Shown one piece after another: positions 1-12,832 of a stretch of DNA of 64,000 nucleotides; within the stretch, counting starts at the first letter, position 1, and each line of letters starts with the position of its first letter. The notes under the pieces were generated by a model. That model did no database searches. It was not told where the DNA came from and saw nothing but the letters and a program-made list of their open reading frames with translations. The position numbers and the translations under genes were made by a program. Origin of the DNA: Lama glama (taxonomy: Eukaryota). The stretch is taken from the NCBI GenBank assembly GCA_028534125.1, contig CM052817.1, positions 12,774,001 to 12,838,000 of the forward strand. The letters are read 5' to 3'.

Positions 1-1244
1 CTCTGTCAAACCAGAGCAACTGCTTCTTTCTCAAAACAGACCGTGTTTCCTCACCTCCAGGCTTCACTCATCCTGTTCCTCTGTTTCAAATGCTCTCCTT
101 TTCTCATCTATTTGTGTGCAAAGCCTCTCCGCAATTGAATTTTTAGCTCAAATGTCAGTACCTCTGTGCTATCTTCACTGAGTACCCCCTCACCCCTCAA
201 TCCAAAAGTACCCTCTGTGTCCCATGTCCCCACACTCAGTGCCTATACCCTGGCTTGCTGAGGTCCCATAGAAGACATTATACCTCTTGAAGCTAGAATC
301 CAATCTCTTCAATTCTGCTTTCCGGTGTCAAGTTGGTGAATGTGTCCCTTTACCACCTAATTACATAAGAACTGACTAGTCCACAGAATAGTTAATATGA
401 AGGCCACTTCCTCGAAATCTATTCAAATCACAAATATGATAAAAGAAATTAATAACTTCAGAAAGTATATAAAATGGCACATTGTGAGTTTAATAGAATT
501 AAAAATGGGGAAGAAAAGGGTTGAGGCTAAAGGCACCAAAGCCTTGATGTTATGAGGAGAGAGTATATTATTATTAGGTAATTCAGATTTTTGTAATATA
601 GCAGGGAGCCTGAAGATTTGCATACGGTTGGCTTAAACACCACTTACATGCTGTGACAAAAGAAAATTAACTGTTTTTATTGAAACACCTCACCTCGTAA
701 GCAATTTACTTAATATGATTTGCACAGTTTCTCAAAATATGCAAAATGAATATAATATCTATTATTCATGATCATCTCAAAAAGAGCTTTTGTCAATTTG
801 CTACTCTGATTTCCTGTCTCATTTGTAATCCATATCAGAAAAAAATTAATATTCAAAAGCTATAAAGTACCAAGACTCGGTGATAGCAAATTCTCAAAGA
901 ATTGGGTCTTAGAGTCATCAAATATTTTCCTAAAGGAGATGCACATAATACATTTTATCCTTTAAATCCATCAGGTTAATTAAAATAAAATCATTGAGAT
1001 GACTTTGATAGAAATAAAACTGGCTCAGGAAATGGAAAAAAATGAGGATACAGAGAACTGCGGCAGATTGAAATATAAAGACTGGAAACCAGAGGACTGT
1101 GTGCCACCTCTGTCTGTCCTCCAGCTCAGTGGGCTTGGTCAAGTCATGATTCATAGCTCTTATCTCATTGCCCCACTTATAATAGAAACCTCACTGAGAT
1201 TCTTTCCATTTATAAATTTTAAGAAAGTACAAAATATTCCCACA

Positions 1245-1405
1245 TGTGTGTATATTATATATATATATACCCTTATTCATATATATATTTACAAACATAT
1301 ATACATATATGTATATAAATACATATATAAATATGTTTCTATATTTATAAACATATATTTTATTTACAAATATTTGTCAATTATGTATCTTTTATTTGCA
1401 CATAC
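1245..1405. repeat. Degenerate (TA)n / AT-rich low-complexity tract
   Basis: Seen directly: repeated atatat/acatat units. Explains the Y/I/K-rich tail of ORF 999..1412. Confidence 0.85.
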
Positions 1406-1686
1406 ATGGTAAAGACATTCATAGTATCCTGAATGAATTAACTGTGGCTGGGTAATAATTTTTCATTTGAATTCTTTTTCTTACTAAAAGATTTCAGGAA
1501 AAACATGAATTTTATAAGTTATATTTCAGGCTAGGTAACTTGGAAGTAAAATGCAAAGGCAGATTGGCCTGGGGGAAAGTGTATAAATGACCCCAATTTA
1601 AATACCTACTCAGCTCCTTCTAGGAGCTTGGCTTGAGTCATTTACTTATTTCTCTTCATGTACTTTCTTATTTAAATAGAGCTCAG

Positions 1687-2350
1687 CAGGAGCACGTTTA
1701 TCATAATGCTCCTGAAACTTAAGTCTCGAGGCCTCTCTTGCATGGATCCCCTCTGTAGTGAACTGAATGGTACCCATCATCCTCTCCCTGACTGAAATAT
1801 GGCCACATCTTAATCCCTGGAAGATGTGAACGTGACCTTATTTGGAATAAGGGTCATTGTAATGTAGTTAAGTTAGGAATCTTGAGATGAGATTATCCTG
1901 GATTATCTGGGTGGGCCCCAAGTTCAGTGATATGTGTGCTTATAACGGATGCACAAAGGAGAAACACACTAAAGAGAAGGCCAGGTGAGGAGGAGGCATC
2001 AGCTGGAGTTGTACAGCTATGAGCCAAGGCGTACTCGGACCCACCAGAAGCTAGAAGAAGCAAGGAAGGGTTCTCCCCTAGTGCCTTCAGAGAGAGCATG
2101 GCCCTGACAACACCCTGAGTGTGTGGTTCTGGCCTGAAGAGCAGTGAGAGAATAAATGTCTGGTTTTACATCAAGTTTGTGTTAAATTGTTCTATAGTAG
2201 CCCTGAGAAACTAATACACTTTCTAAAGGCCTGGAGGGACCTGACCAGTGTGTTAACAGGTTTTGGTTTTTGTTTTTTTTTTTTACACTATTTCCCCTCT
2301 GTCACATGTTCATTTATATCAGGTGATAGTGGAGTGGTCACAAGTGTTAT
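1687..2350 (+). mobile_element. hAT-Tip100 DNA transposon relic (MER115/Zaphod-like), split by an MLT1 LTR
   Basis: caggagcacgtttatcataatgctcctgaaacttaagtctcgaggcctctcttgcatggatcccc resumes after the LTR as ttctaaaggcctggagggacc...ttcccctctgtcaca...ggagtggtcac. This resembles the recalled MER115 5' end. Confidence 0.55.
1754..2218 (+). mobile_element. MaLR solo LTR (MLT1B/C-like)
   Basis: TG...CA ends (tgtagtg...aaactaataca). Diagnostic motifs tgtgaacgtgaccttatttggaataagggtc, gagattatcctggattatctgggtgggccc and gagagaataaatgtctg. Confidence 0.9.
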
Positions 2351-2764
2351 TTGATGGCCATGATATTATATTTGTCCTGATGTGGGAATGGCCAACCACC
2401 TGGAAAAGATGAAGTTTTGACCCAGGAGGTTCTGGTGGGTCCTGAGAAAGAGACCATTTTCCACATGAAGATGTTGCAGTAGAGGTGTAATCGTGAAGAG
2501 GGGTGGGGGAAGGGACACACTCATTCTTTTACCATCTGTACCAGAGGTTGTAAATTGACAGCCAACAAGCAGAGATCACCTATTGATATTATTTGTTTGA
2601 CCAAAAAAAAAAAAACAAAAAGAAACCCAACTTTTTGTTGTTTATTCCAAGGATGCAGGAAGGTTGGGAGATTGGGATGGTCCCTCTGCTGGTGAGCAGT
2701 GTGACCTTGGGCAAGTTCATGAATTTTTTAACTGACCTTCAGTCATCTCATTCATTGCTTATGT

Positions 2765-3440
2765 TTTAATCAGTTTTATTGAGATTTAAGTTATATAACA
2801 TAAACTGCATATATAAATATATATATATATATAAAGTAAAATTTGTTAAGTTTAGACAGAAAGTTTCAACCATAAGCCACTGCCACATCCAAGATTATAG
2901 AACATCTCCCCTAAAAGTTTCCCAAGTCCATGGCCATCCATCTCACCCTCTAGTCCTAGCCTCTGCCAGCAACTGATGTCTTTTAGTCTCTGTAGGTTAG
3001 GATGACTTCTCTGGAATTTTATATAAATGGAATCACATAATCTTAAATCTTCTGTGTATGGCTTTGGTTAGTCAGCATAATGATTTTAACATTTATTCAT
3101 ATTGTGCCTGTGTTAGAAGTTCATTCTTTTTGTTTTTTTTTTTTTTCCAGTTAAGTAGCATTTCACTGCCTCATTTAAGTTGTCTGCAGTGGCTGGCTGT
3201 TGTGAATAAAGCTGTTATGATTACTGCACACAAGTCTTCGGGTGGACATTTGTTTAAATGTCTTTTGTGTGAACATGTTTCTTAACTTTCTTTAAGAAAC
3301 TCTTCTGGCCGTCTTCCAGTGTGGTTATACAATTTTACATTCTCACCAGCAGTATTTGAGAGTTCCAGTGTGTCCACATTGTTGGCCAAACTTTGGTCTT
3401 AAGAATCTTTTAAATTCTCCATCATAGTGGAAATACATAG
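2765..3440 (-). mobile_element. Old LINE-1 (L1M) 3' end
   Basis: Antisense L1 3' motifs: ttttattgagat, atataaatggaatcac, gtgaataaagctgttatga, ttacattctcaccagcagtatttgagagttccag. Confidence 0.8.
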
Positions 3441-3629
3441 TCAAAAGCCATGTTTTTAAACATTTTGTAAAATTAAAATCCCTTTGGGTAGCACTTGCCA
3501 CTCTAATTTTTTGATGATTCCCAACATTAACAATAGACTGATGCTCACATGTCACACCCACTGTACCACCTACCTAGCCCTGAAATCATCCACAGCAGAA
3601 GTTTTATACATATTATCTTATTTTAACTT

Positions 3630-3810
3630 CCCATAAAGTATCTTCATTTATTCTCTTAATAACTCTTAAGAAGTAGGTATTAGCAAGCCCCCATTCACAG
3701 ATAAGGAAGTCAGAGCCAAGAGAACATAGAGGTGTGAAGTCACACACTTAAAAATAGAAGTTAGGATATGAACTCAAGTCTGTTTGGCTCTAAAACTGGG
3801 TGTTTCCCAC
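3630..3810 (-). mobile_element. MIR SINE
   Basis: Antisense MIR core cccattcacagataaggaagtcagagcc; B-box remnant ggatatgaactcaagtctg. Confidence 0.7.
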
Positions 3811-3926
3811 ACTGGCCTTCAGGCAGTAGAAACCATACATGCAGAGGCAAAAACTAGGGAAAGTGCGGGCATATTTAGAGAGCTGTCCTGACGGAGTGGG
3901 TCTTGTAAACAGGACTTAGGGATAGT

Positions 3927-5278
3927 CATGACCACCTATATAATTTGAAACATAATAACATAATGTTCCTTGTTCAAAATTCAGGACAAAGTTTTGTTGA
4001 AAGTATTAAATATAAATTGTTCTTTTCTTCCACTCATAAGGTGTTTTATATTTAATATCCTTCTAAGCTAAGAAAAATTATAATTTAAAATTGTTACCAT
4101 AAATTATTCTGGTCATCTTTATATTACACAGTGCTAGTTTTAATTGAAAATATAAGTACATTTAAGTCGTATGTGGAATCACCAAAATGATGCAATCTGC
4201 ATTTTGTAGCTCATGCATGCATGTGATTGTCTTTCTTACCAGAAAAAGGAAACACTGCCCAGAACTAACTCAACTGGTTTTATTTCACTTTTCGGTATGT
4301 GCACACTCTACCAACATTCTCTACCTTCAGCTTCCTGATGATTAGGAAAGAACTCTAATAAATTAATAAACAAAATCCCCAATTAAATAGAGTGGGGACA
4401 CCGGAAGGGAGAGCTCTTACACCCTGCAAGGACAGCAGCCCAACAGGAAGAAGAAAGACCCGTCTTTCCTGGCAGGGACTCAGCCAGTGAAAAGCCGTGG
4501 ACTCTCTGTGCTCTGGAGTCCTCCCAACTTCCTTCTGCCCTCTATGAAAGCGTTCTCCTTCCCTTGTCATGTGGGGGCTTGCGGCTGGCTTGCCATGATG
4601 GTGGACCCCAAACTGCAATTCTCTACTGATCCCAAATAAACCTGTCTTTGTTGGAGAAATATCTGGCAGCCTATTTGTTTCAGATCATCGAAACTTAAAA
4701 TAAAAGGAGCTATAAGTTGTCCTATCTTTTCCTTTCCTTTAATGCCATAATTTTCAATATAAGCAGTTGGCTAATATTGGGAAGTAATACCAGTAAGAAA
4801 GAATATAATAGCATTCCTTGGTCATTTGTCTTTCTCAGAACACCATTGCCTTCTTATAGAAGAGAGCTCCAGTCTGAACAGGAAAAAACAAACAAAAAAA
4901 ACCCCAGAAAACACATGGCCTCCCAAGGCTGTCGGGGTGCCCTTAATCAATCCACCAGGTAACACACTTATTTCGCATTTACTTTGAGTCTTGCTGAACT
5001 CCCACATGTCATGGTTCCACGGGAGTCCTGTGCCCAAGGGGCATAGTGAACACTTTATTCAAATGGAGTGGCAAGTGATGGAGGGCATTTATATTCATAT
5101 ATCTCTTCAGATTAGCTCCTGCTTTAAGACTTCACCTACAAAACACATTTCCGAGGAAATGTTATTAAGAACTTCAAGAGGGTAACAGCAGAGCATTCAT
5201 TAAACTAAGCATGGAGACCTTCTGAGTTCTGGACCTTGAGTGACTGCACTGGTGGAATGGCCATGAATTCAGTTTTTT
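3927..5278 (-). mobile_element. hAT-Tip100 DNA transposon (MER45B-like), interrupted by an LTR
   Basis: The right end ttattaagaacttcaagagggtaacagcagagcatt...tgactgcactggt...ccatgaa matches the reverse complement of the MER45 5' end. The left end catgaccacctatataatttg matches the other terminus. About 1.0 kb remains once the LTR is removed. Confidence 0.75.
4356..4690 (+). mobile_element. ERV-type solo LTR (probably artiodactyl/camelid ERV1 class)
   Basis: About 335 bp, GC-richer than its flanks, and interrupts collinear MER45 sequence. TATA-like tatgaaa at 4543 and AATAAA at 4635-4640. Imperfect flanking repeat aactc (4351-4355) / aactt (4692-4696). Confidence 0.7.
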
Positions 5279-5349
5279 GGATAGTGGAGAAATAAGAGCT
5301 AAGAACGACTTATACAAGTGTGGTTTTTACTCAATCTCCCATTCCGTGG

Positions 5350-5455
5350 ATAATTACTAGACATCTATAATGTGCTGAGCATGTTTTAGGTGTTTGGGAT
5401 GCATCAGTGGAGGAGAAAATAAAAGAAATTTCTGCCTTAATGGAGCTTACATTCT
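5350..5455 (-). mobile_element. L2 LINE 3' end fragment
   Basis: Antisense L2 tail motif ctgccttaatggagcttacattc, preceded by taggtgtttgggatgcatcagtg. Confidence 0.6.
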
Positions 5456-5983
5456 TCTTTTCTTTGAGGAGTCAAGTCATGTAAAATTTGAACTATCTGT
5501 TCCTACTGGAGGAATGTTCATGCCTAGAATTCAGCTAAAAGGAACCAGGCTCTTTATAAAATAATCTCATTATACAACTGGATTTTCCAAAACTGTGCAT
5601 GTTGGAATCCACTGTGTGATAAAGAGTGCTTTGTTCTTTTAATTTTCGTTTTCCCTGGTTTGAACACCAAAAGGGTTAAATGATTCTTGCCCATTTCTTT
5701 CCTTTATGTTTGCTTCTCTCTTGGCAATCTGTGTAAGCAAAAGCACTAATTAGATTTGTCTTAAATCTTCTGCATGTTTTGGTTAAAAAAAGGTAATGCA
5801 ACTCCTCACCAGTTTCTTACAAAAATTAGCAACTGAGAGGGACTCTATTCTATAATGAATAAATCAATGATTGTGGTCACTGTTTTGGCAAATTCATTTT
5901 GCAGCAAGTTGAGCCATTAAGCAACAATCTACCTTAACTCTCTAAGAAAGGACATTGGAAAAATGAGACTTTCTCTCTCTAGC

Positions 5984-6150
5984 CCAGAAGTTCTCAGACT
6001 TTATCATGCTCATGGTCACCTGCAGAACTGGTTAAAACACAGATTGGTGGGCCCACCTGCAGTTTTGATTCAGTAGGAGAGGGATGGTGCTCAGATTATG
6101 CCTAAGTCTCCAGGTGATGCTGTCACTCCTGGTCCCAGTAAGTACTCCAT
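5984..6150. mobile_element. MER5A-like hAT-Charlie MITE
   Basis: cagaagttctcagact...cacctg...gttaaaacacagattggtgggcccacc...tgattcagtagg...ccaggtgatgctg. Confidence 0.8.
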
Positions 6151-6689
6151 CCTAATTGATGAAATTAGAAGACAGAGGGTCTAAATTTCCTTTATCACTT
6201 GAAACTTGTACAGGTTTCTTTATACATAATGTCATGGGCTTGCGACCTAAACATTCTTTCTATTAACCAGGGAACAGTTTCAGAAGATTAAGCTGAAACT
6301 ATGATTTCTATCCTTGTCTCTCTATTCACCAAGTGTGAGTGTGATTGTGTGAGCATGAGTATGCGTGCGTGGAGAGGAAAGCATAGAATATGGTGAAAGA
6401 AAGCATGTTTGCGTTAAAGAGTGTAGGCAAGGCTGAAGTTGAGTGTTTGTATATGTTTGTATAAAGAGATGTAAGCAGAGGATGGGGAAAGACAGAGATA
6501 AACACTAAAAAAGAAAGAGACAAACACATAAATGGATAGGAAAGAAAGAAGTTCCCGAAAAGTTACTCCGTAGTCCTAAGCAGTTCCCACTTTAGAAATG
6601 AAAGAATAAAGGTATACTTAACAAAAATAATATGATTAGGTCTTGCTTACCTTGTAGAGTCTAGTAAAAAAAATAATATAATTTGTTGT

Positions 6690-6880
6690 CAAGTTATTAT
6701 ATCAGGCACTTGACTACTTTATCTCATTTAGACTACACCATGATCCTTTGTGAAACATCTTTCTAGCTTCTTTTACAGGTGAGAAAATCTAATTTAAAAG
6801 AGGTTGAAGGGACCATCTTGGGTCACACAGTGAGTAAACAACTCGATTAGTATGTATTTGAGATCAGGGCGTCCTGGTTG
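6690..6880 (-). mobile_element. MIR SINE
   Basis: tatctcattta...ttttacaggtgagaaaat...ggtcacacagtgagtaa. Confidence 0.65.
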
Positions 6881-8057
6881 GATGTAGCTAAGATTTCACA
6901 TGGGAGAGTTTTCAATAATTTAAAACAAAGCAGAAAGCTAAAGTTGGGTGCTGAAGAAATTTCTGGCTGTGGATGAAATTGTTACGTTGTTATCCCAGTT
7001 GTCTATTCTTACGTTTCCGAGTAACAACTAAGTAATATTTTTACTGACAAGACCTGATAAAATGAAAAGTAATACAGCTGGAAGAGGTCTTCAGAGGTTC
7101 AGAAGTGGAGGTGTGTAGATTGACATGAGGCCAGGGGAAAATAGCGAGCATCTAAAGAGGCTCCCGCTTTGCTGGAAAATCTCTTAGCGCATTTGATTTG
7201 TTGCCATGAGTTTCTAGAAATTATAACACTTCATCACAGTCTATTTGTTTCCAAAGTCAGATGACATCTTAGTCAAGAAAAGAAATTTCTGAATGGTGCA
7301 AATTTATTGATATATGAAAGTAGGTTAAAATTTAATTTTTCTTTTGATAATTTCAAAATACTACTGGTGATAAACCAAGCTTTATTTATAGATTGTTTTC
7401 CTATGATCACTCAAAAAGTATACTGTAAAAAATATTTCTACTGTGAGTGTAATACATCGTTATTAAGAAAAAACAAAGCATAAGTAAAAGAAAAGGAGAA
7501 CACTCCAATAGTGCTTATTATTAAGGTTTTTGTTATTTCCTTTCACTCTGCTACGTATGCATATGGGCCAGCACACCCAATAGATCTGTTCTTTGTCTTA
7601 TATTTTTATCTAAAACTTCTAGAATTAAAAAGCATACATATATATGTGTGTGTTTATGTATATTTAAGCTTCATTTTGAATTCGTGAGTTCTTCTGTGAA
7701 TTAGATCTTTATTAAAGAGATATGCAGTTAATGTCACATAGGCGATTCTACATTTTGATGTGTCACTGGAAATTAACGTGAACATTTTTAGGCATAAAAT
7801 TATTTTCAGCATGTTGGTTTATTTATTGAGATTACTTTCCAGAAGTGCACCAGAAATGCATGAAGGTGCCTGTTTCATCACTGTTTCGCCAGTCCTGTCT
7901 TGTGAACAGAGGTGGGTCTACTGTGTTGCCCATGGAGCTTAAAATCCAGCTAAGATGAAATTCACATGAAGAGACCGTTAGTTCGGGATTGGTGGCTGTC
8001 CTCCTCCCAGGCTCCTGCAGCACTGGACTCATTCTTTTATTATAGCTCTTACATTTA

Positions 8058-8260
8058 TTGGAGTTAGACTTCTTGAGTCTAAATTCTGGCTCTACCACAT
8101 ATTGCCATGTGACCTTGAACAAGTCTTTGGACTTCAATTCCTTTATCTGTATGAGGGAAAAAGTAATAATGACAATACCTTCTTTCTACGGTTGCTGTAA
8201 GCTGATATATACAAAGCACTTGGAATAGATCCGGGGCACCGACTTCAGTCAATGTTTATT
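8058..8260 (+). mobile_element. MIR SINE
   Basis: ggagttagac...aattctggctctaccac...tgtgaccttgaacaagtc...aaagcacttggaatag. Confidence 0.8.
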
Positions 8261-9528
8261 TTTTCACTGTCATGACCAGCATTAACATGTTGGACTTCAC
8301 CTTTTCATGTCTATCTTTCCCACTATTCCAGGAGCCCCTCCTGGGTAGTGAGGGTGTCTTGCTCATCTGGTCCCCAGCATCTGCACAGAAGAAGCGCTTC
8401 ATAAGTATACAATGAATCAGTGAGTGGGTGAGTCAGAACCTCACCACCTATTCACATTTTCTAGTTACTTGAGAGTGACTAATGGGGACTTGGTTGTACT
8501 GACCTTCACAAGGGCTGCGGAAATATTTTTCTTCTTTTCTACTGAAGCAGTCAAGCTTAACCTTCACTTGTTAGGCTCTCTGCCAAGAAGAAGGCACAAA
8601 AGAGTACTTCATCCAATTTATGAAGGCACAGTAAAAGTAAAGGCCCCACAGAGCTCTTGAGGGCACAAGGCAACTGCAGCTGGGGCGAGAAACAACCTGG
8701 TTAGATGCTCTGCAATCCTCCTCAAGGCATCCCATCAAAGCAAGAGCACCAACGCAGAGGAAAAAAAAAAAACAGAGTGTGCGTGGATCCTATTTTAATC
8801 CTTTCTGGAGAACAAAATGATTTATCTTCCGGAAACAAGGCATACATCATGCAATGCCATTTTGAAAACCCAGCAAGTCCAGGTTAGGTGAGGAGCATGA
8901 CAGGCCCTGAGGGAAGTGTCAGTGGTGCTACGTACCGAGCAGGGAGTCATCGTGAGGAAGATTGCTTCATTCCTCGTAGTACGTCTCCAAAAGATGTTGA
9001 CGTTTTCAGTATCACTTTGCTTAGCCATGTGTGCCTTTCGAATATTCACTTCTTTAGTGAATTCATACTTTTGTGATTTTTTAAAAGTAATAAATGCCTA
9101 TTGCAAAACATGCCAAAATACAGAGCTGAAAATAAAGAAGAGTCACCCTTCAAAAAGAACCACTGCTGAATTGTGGTGAATATTCCTAAAGTCTTCTGTA
9201 AATTTATAATGTATGGAACAAAGCCGAAATTAGCCAGGGAATTCCCACACTTCGCATTTTCCACACCTGTGAAAGAGAATCCTGTCTGGGTCCTTCTGTT
9301 TCTCTTTCTACTCCCTTTGTTCAGCCCTCCATGGGGTGTCCTCCCATTCCTAGAACAGCCCTTTGGACGTTAGATGTTCCAAATCAGGACAAGCAAGAGG
9401 GTTGCTAGAATAAGCTTTGGCTTGGACTAAGGGAAATGTCTGAGAGGAGAACCTGGAAGATGGAGGTGAGGGAAAGCTGGGGTATGGGTCGGAAGAGAAA
9501 ATGAACATTTATTTAAAAATGCATGTTT

Positions 9529-9778
9529 CCAGCGGGGGAAGAAGGTGGGAAGGGATAAATTGCAAGTTCAAGATTTCCAGATGGTAATATATATAAAATA
9601 GATAAACAACAAGTTTATACTGTATAGCACAGGGAACCACATTCAATACCTTGTAGTAGCTTACGATGAAGAAGAATATGAGAATGAATGTATGTATGTT
9701 CCTGTGTGACTGAAGTATTGTGCTGTACACCAGAAATTGACACATTGTAAACTGACTGTACTTCAATAAAAATATATT
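9529..9778 (+). mobile_element. 5'-truncated young LINE-1 3' UTR with perfect target-site duplication
   Basis: Artiodactyl-type L1 3' end (gataaacaacaag...ctgtatagcacagggaac...gtacaccagaaattgacacattgtaaactgactgtacttcaataaa). The 17-bp direct repeat tttaaaaatgcatgttt occurs at 9512-9528 and 9779-9795. Confidence 0.92.
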
Positions 9779-10659
9779 TTTAAAAATGCATGTTTAGGTG
9801 ATATGACTTATCTTTATGGTGTTGGAGGAAATCATGAAAAATATTCATGTTATTGAAAGAAAAAAAATCCTCATTTTGGTTTCCTAATAGTCAGAGGCAG
9901 AATTGAAATTCAGAGGTAACAACTCATTAATGATATAAAAGTAGCTGTCAGTGTGAAATCAGCACAAGTGCAGGCATGCAGACATAGGCGTGGGTAAAAG
10001 TGGTGTCAGCATAGACATATATTCATCAAGACTAGTAAGGCTTAGCCAAAGATAGTGGGAAAGAGAGAGAGAGAGAAGTTTGAAACCAAAGCATATTATT
10101 TTAAAGCTTTCCTCAGCAAACATTAAACTGAACATAGGTCCATTTCAATAAATCCTTTAGCTAAGATTTTTTTCTTCCATTAAAGGATCGGCCATCCGCA
10201 CAAACCAGCTCAAACAGGACTGTAGTAAAGTACACAGAGAAATAAGGGACTAGAAACACAACTTTTTTTCTTTTTCCGTTAAAGAACGTCCAAATTTCAT
10301 GAAGACTGGAGCTGAGGAACTATCTGGATTCTCACCAGCTCTGGGATGTTAGTACTTGGAGCTTTGTGAAATAGCACGAAAGCACGAAGATATGAGTTAG
10401 CTGTAAACTAGTGGACTTTTCTTTCTTGCTTTCTTCCAAACCATTATAAAATTTGCTCATATTTCTAGTTTAAATTTCTAAGATGGATGGATGAGAGAGA
10501 GAGAGGGAGAGAAATTAATAATGTAGGAACCTGAATGGGCACGATATCAACCATCACCTCAATTTTAGAGCAGAGTTTTTCGCACAAGGTCATGACACCC
10601 ATAGCTAGCCAGCATAAGGATACCTCACTGCCCTGGGCTGGCGGGACAGAGGGCAAGAT

Positions 10660-11100
10660 ATTTGTTTCATTCAGGACTGCAACTGCAATTAGAAGAAAGA
10701 AAAAGAGTTTATCAGTTTCACTTACTCATTATAACTTACGAGTTCATGGATAGTCAAGGTACAGATATGGCTGAATAACGTGGTCACATTATACCATCAG
10801 GAATACACTGGTCTTCATTTCCCAATTCTGTCTTTCCCTGTCCTGCCATCATTCTCTCAGGCTTCTTCCATAAGGTGACAAAAATGGCCACCAGAAGCAT
10901 TAGGTTTTCGGTTTATCAAGGGACAGATCAATACAGTGGGAAGAGAATGTTTTCCTTTAACTCCAGCAGAATTCCAATGCTTGTCTCTGACTCACCCAGC
11001 TTGATAAGTTATATGCTCAGACCAAGGTCAATCGATAAGGCTTGAGAAGTGAACTTATTATATTAGCAAAAATGGGGTTCCAGCCATGGGTTAGCCTCAC
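10660..11100 (-). mobile_element. Old MaLR LTR (MLT1K/L-like)
   Basis: Degenerate motifs ctcaggcttcttccataaggtgacaaaaatggccaccagaagc and ctctgactcacccagcttg. Confidence 0.45.
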
Positions 11101-11139
11101 CTAGGCCAGGTGGGTTCCAAGTCAGGGAATTCCAGTTAG

Positions 11140-11525
11140 TGAATACTGGACAGGGAAACTCACCAGGAAAGAAACAGAGACAGACTCAAACTGAGTAAAT
11201 GAAAGACGATCATGGACAACTGACCAAGGTGCGGACAGTACTTAGGAAATGTAACCAACAATGGGGGATGCCTCAGGGGTAGTCAAGACAGCCATTGTTA
11301 TTTCAGTCCTGAAGAGGCGAGAAAAAAGCGGTTCTAGAACCCAGAGAGACATCTGTGTGAAGTGGGCCTCCTGCCTAACACCATAACATTTAATAGGGGG
11401 ACACAGCCAATTCATGATGACCTGACAGGACACAAAATGCTGGAACAAATACTCTCAACTCAGACTTCCCTTGTATTTTTTTCTGGGTACCTTGGATTCT
11501 CTCCCAGCCCAGCTGCAAGCCAGAG
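11140..11525 (-). mobile_element. ERVL LTR33-like relic
   Basis: aggaaagaaacagagacagactcaaactgagtaa...ccaaggtgcggacag...gcggttctagaacccagagagac resembles LTR33. A related copy lies at 21290. Confidence 0.5.
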
Positions 11526-12173
11526 GACCAGGATGCTGATGGTTGGTTACTTTTATTTCATGTATAGAGTAAAACAAGATGATCTTCTAGAAAAAAATAT
11601 TCTTAAGAGTTTTGTGCATGAACTTTCAAACTTCTCTGTTCCTATAAAGTACACACCTACAAACATGCTCATGTACATACTGCATATACACATATGTCTA
11701 TATAGATAAACACCTGCACACACAGCACACATGCAAAATCATATATGTGAACACATGTATGTATGTATCTTATCAAATGAGGTCACTTCAAATATATTGT
11801 TCTCTAACTTGTTATTAATTTTATAAAGTAGGGATATCTTTCCCAGCCCATATACTTATGTTTCTTAATTTTTAATTATGTATAATGATTTTACTTTGAT
11901 TATAGATAAAAAACTTAATAACCTCACCGTAATTTATTAAGTCAGTTTCTTACTGAGAGATTTTTAGTTTCTTTCTGGTTTCTATTACATACATTGCTGC
12001 AATATATTTCCATGTGCTTACCTTTATGAATCCATGGGCCACTGGAGTCATGGTTATACAGATTTTTATGGCAATATCCTTCCTAATTATCTGCAAATAT
12101 TCAATTTCATCCATTTAAACATGAAAGATAGTTCACTCCCTACTTCTTTGCAAAATCTAAACGTTACCCATCC

Positions 12174-12633
12174 TGTACTAGTTTCCTGAGGCGGCCATTA
12201 TAAATCACCACAAACTGCAGGTTGTAAACAAGTTTTTCCACAATTCCGGTGGCCAGAAGTCTGAAATCAAAATGTTAGCTGTTGTCGGTTCCTTCCAGAA
12301 GCTCTGGAGGAGAATCTGCCCATTGCTCTCTCCCAGATCCTGGTGGCTGTGGGCAACCTTTGGCATTTCTTTGCTTGTGGCTGTATCCCTCCCATCTCTG
12401 CTTCTGTCTTCGCATGACTTTTCTCTCTCTGTCTCTGTGTCTTCTCTTTTTCTGAAGTGTGAGGACACCTGTCATTGGATTTAGTGTGGGCCCTAACTCC
12501 AGGATGATCTCATCTCAATCTTCAATTTAATTTATCTGCAAAGACTCTATTTCCAAATAAGGTCACAGTCACAGGTGACTGGGGTTAAAATGCAGACATA
12601 CCTTGTTGGAAACACAATTCAACTGACTATACA
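12174..12633 (-). mobile_element. MaLR solo LTR (MLT1C-like)
   Basis: tgtactagtttcctgagg...ggccagaagtctgaaatcaa...ttccaaataaggtcaca...cacaattcaactgactataca. Reverse-complement homologue of 1754-2218. Confidence 0.9.
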
Positions 12634-12789
12634 GTCTTTCACATTTTCTTTGGCCAGTCTCTGATAAAAGACTACCTCTTAAATATTGTTTTTATCAGCT
12701 TATTTTGCCTTTCCTTCATAATTATTGAACGTTAGCTGCTTCTCATGTTTTTATACATTGATGTCATTCTTATGTGAATTGCCTGGGAA

Positions 12790-12800
12790 GTTGATGATGT

Positions 12801-12832
<32 letters not shown>
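12790..12832. repeat. (GAT)n microsatellite
   Basis: Seen directly: about 10 pure GAT units plus interrupted units. Confidence 0.95.

Noticed and set aside
999..1412. 137-aa ORF
   Set aside because: Non-ATG start (ttg-type call or weak context) aside, its length comes from a (TA)n low-complexity tract and it has no recognisable homology.
1754..12633. Inverted pair of MLT1C-like LTRs as one composite element
   Set aside because: Proviral LTRs are direct repeats. These are independent, diverged solo LTRs 10 kb apart.
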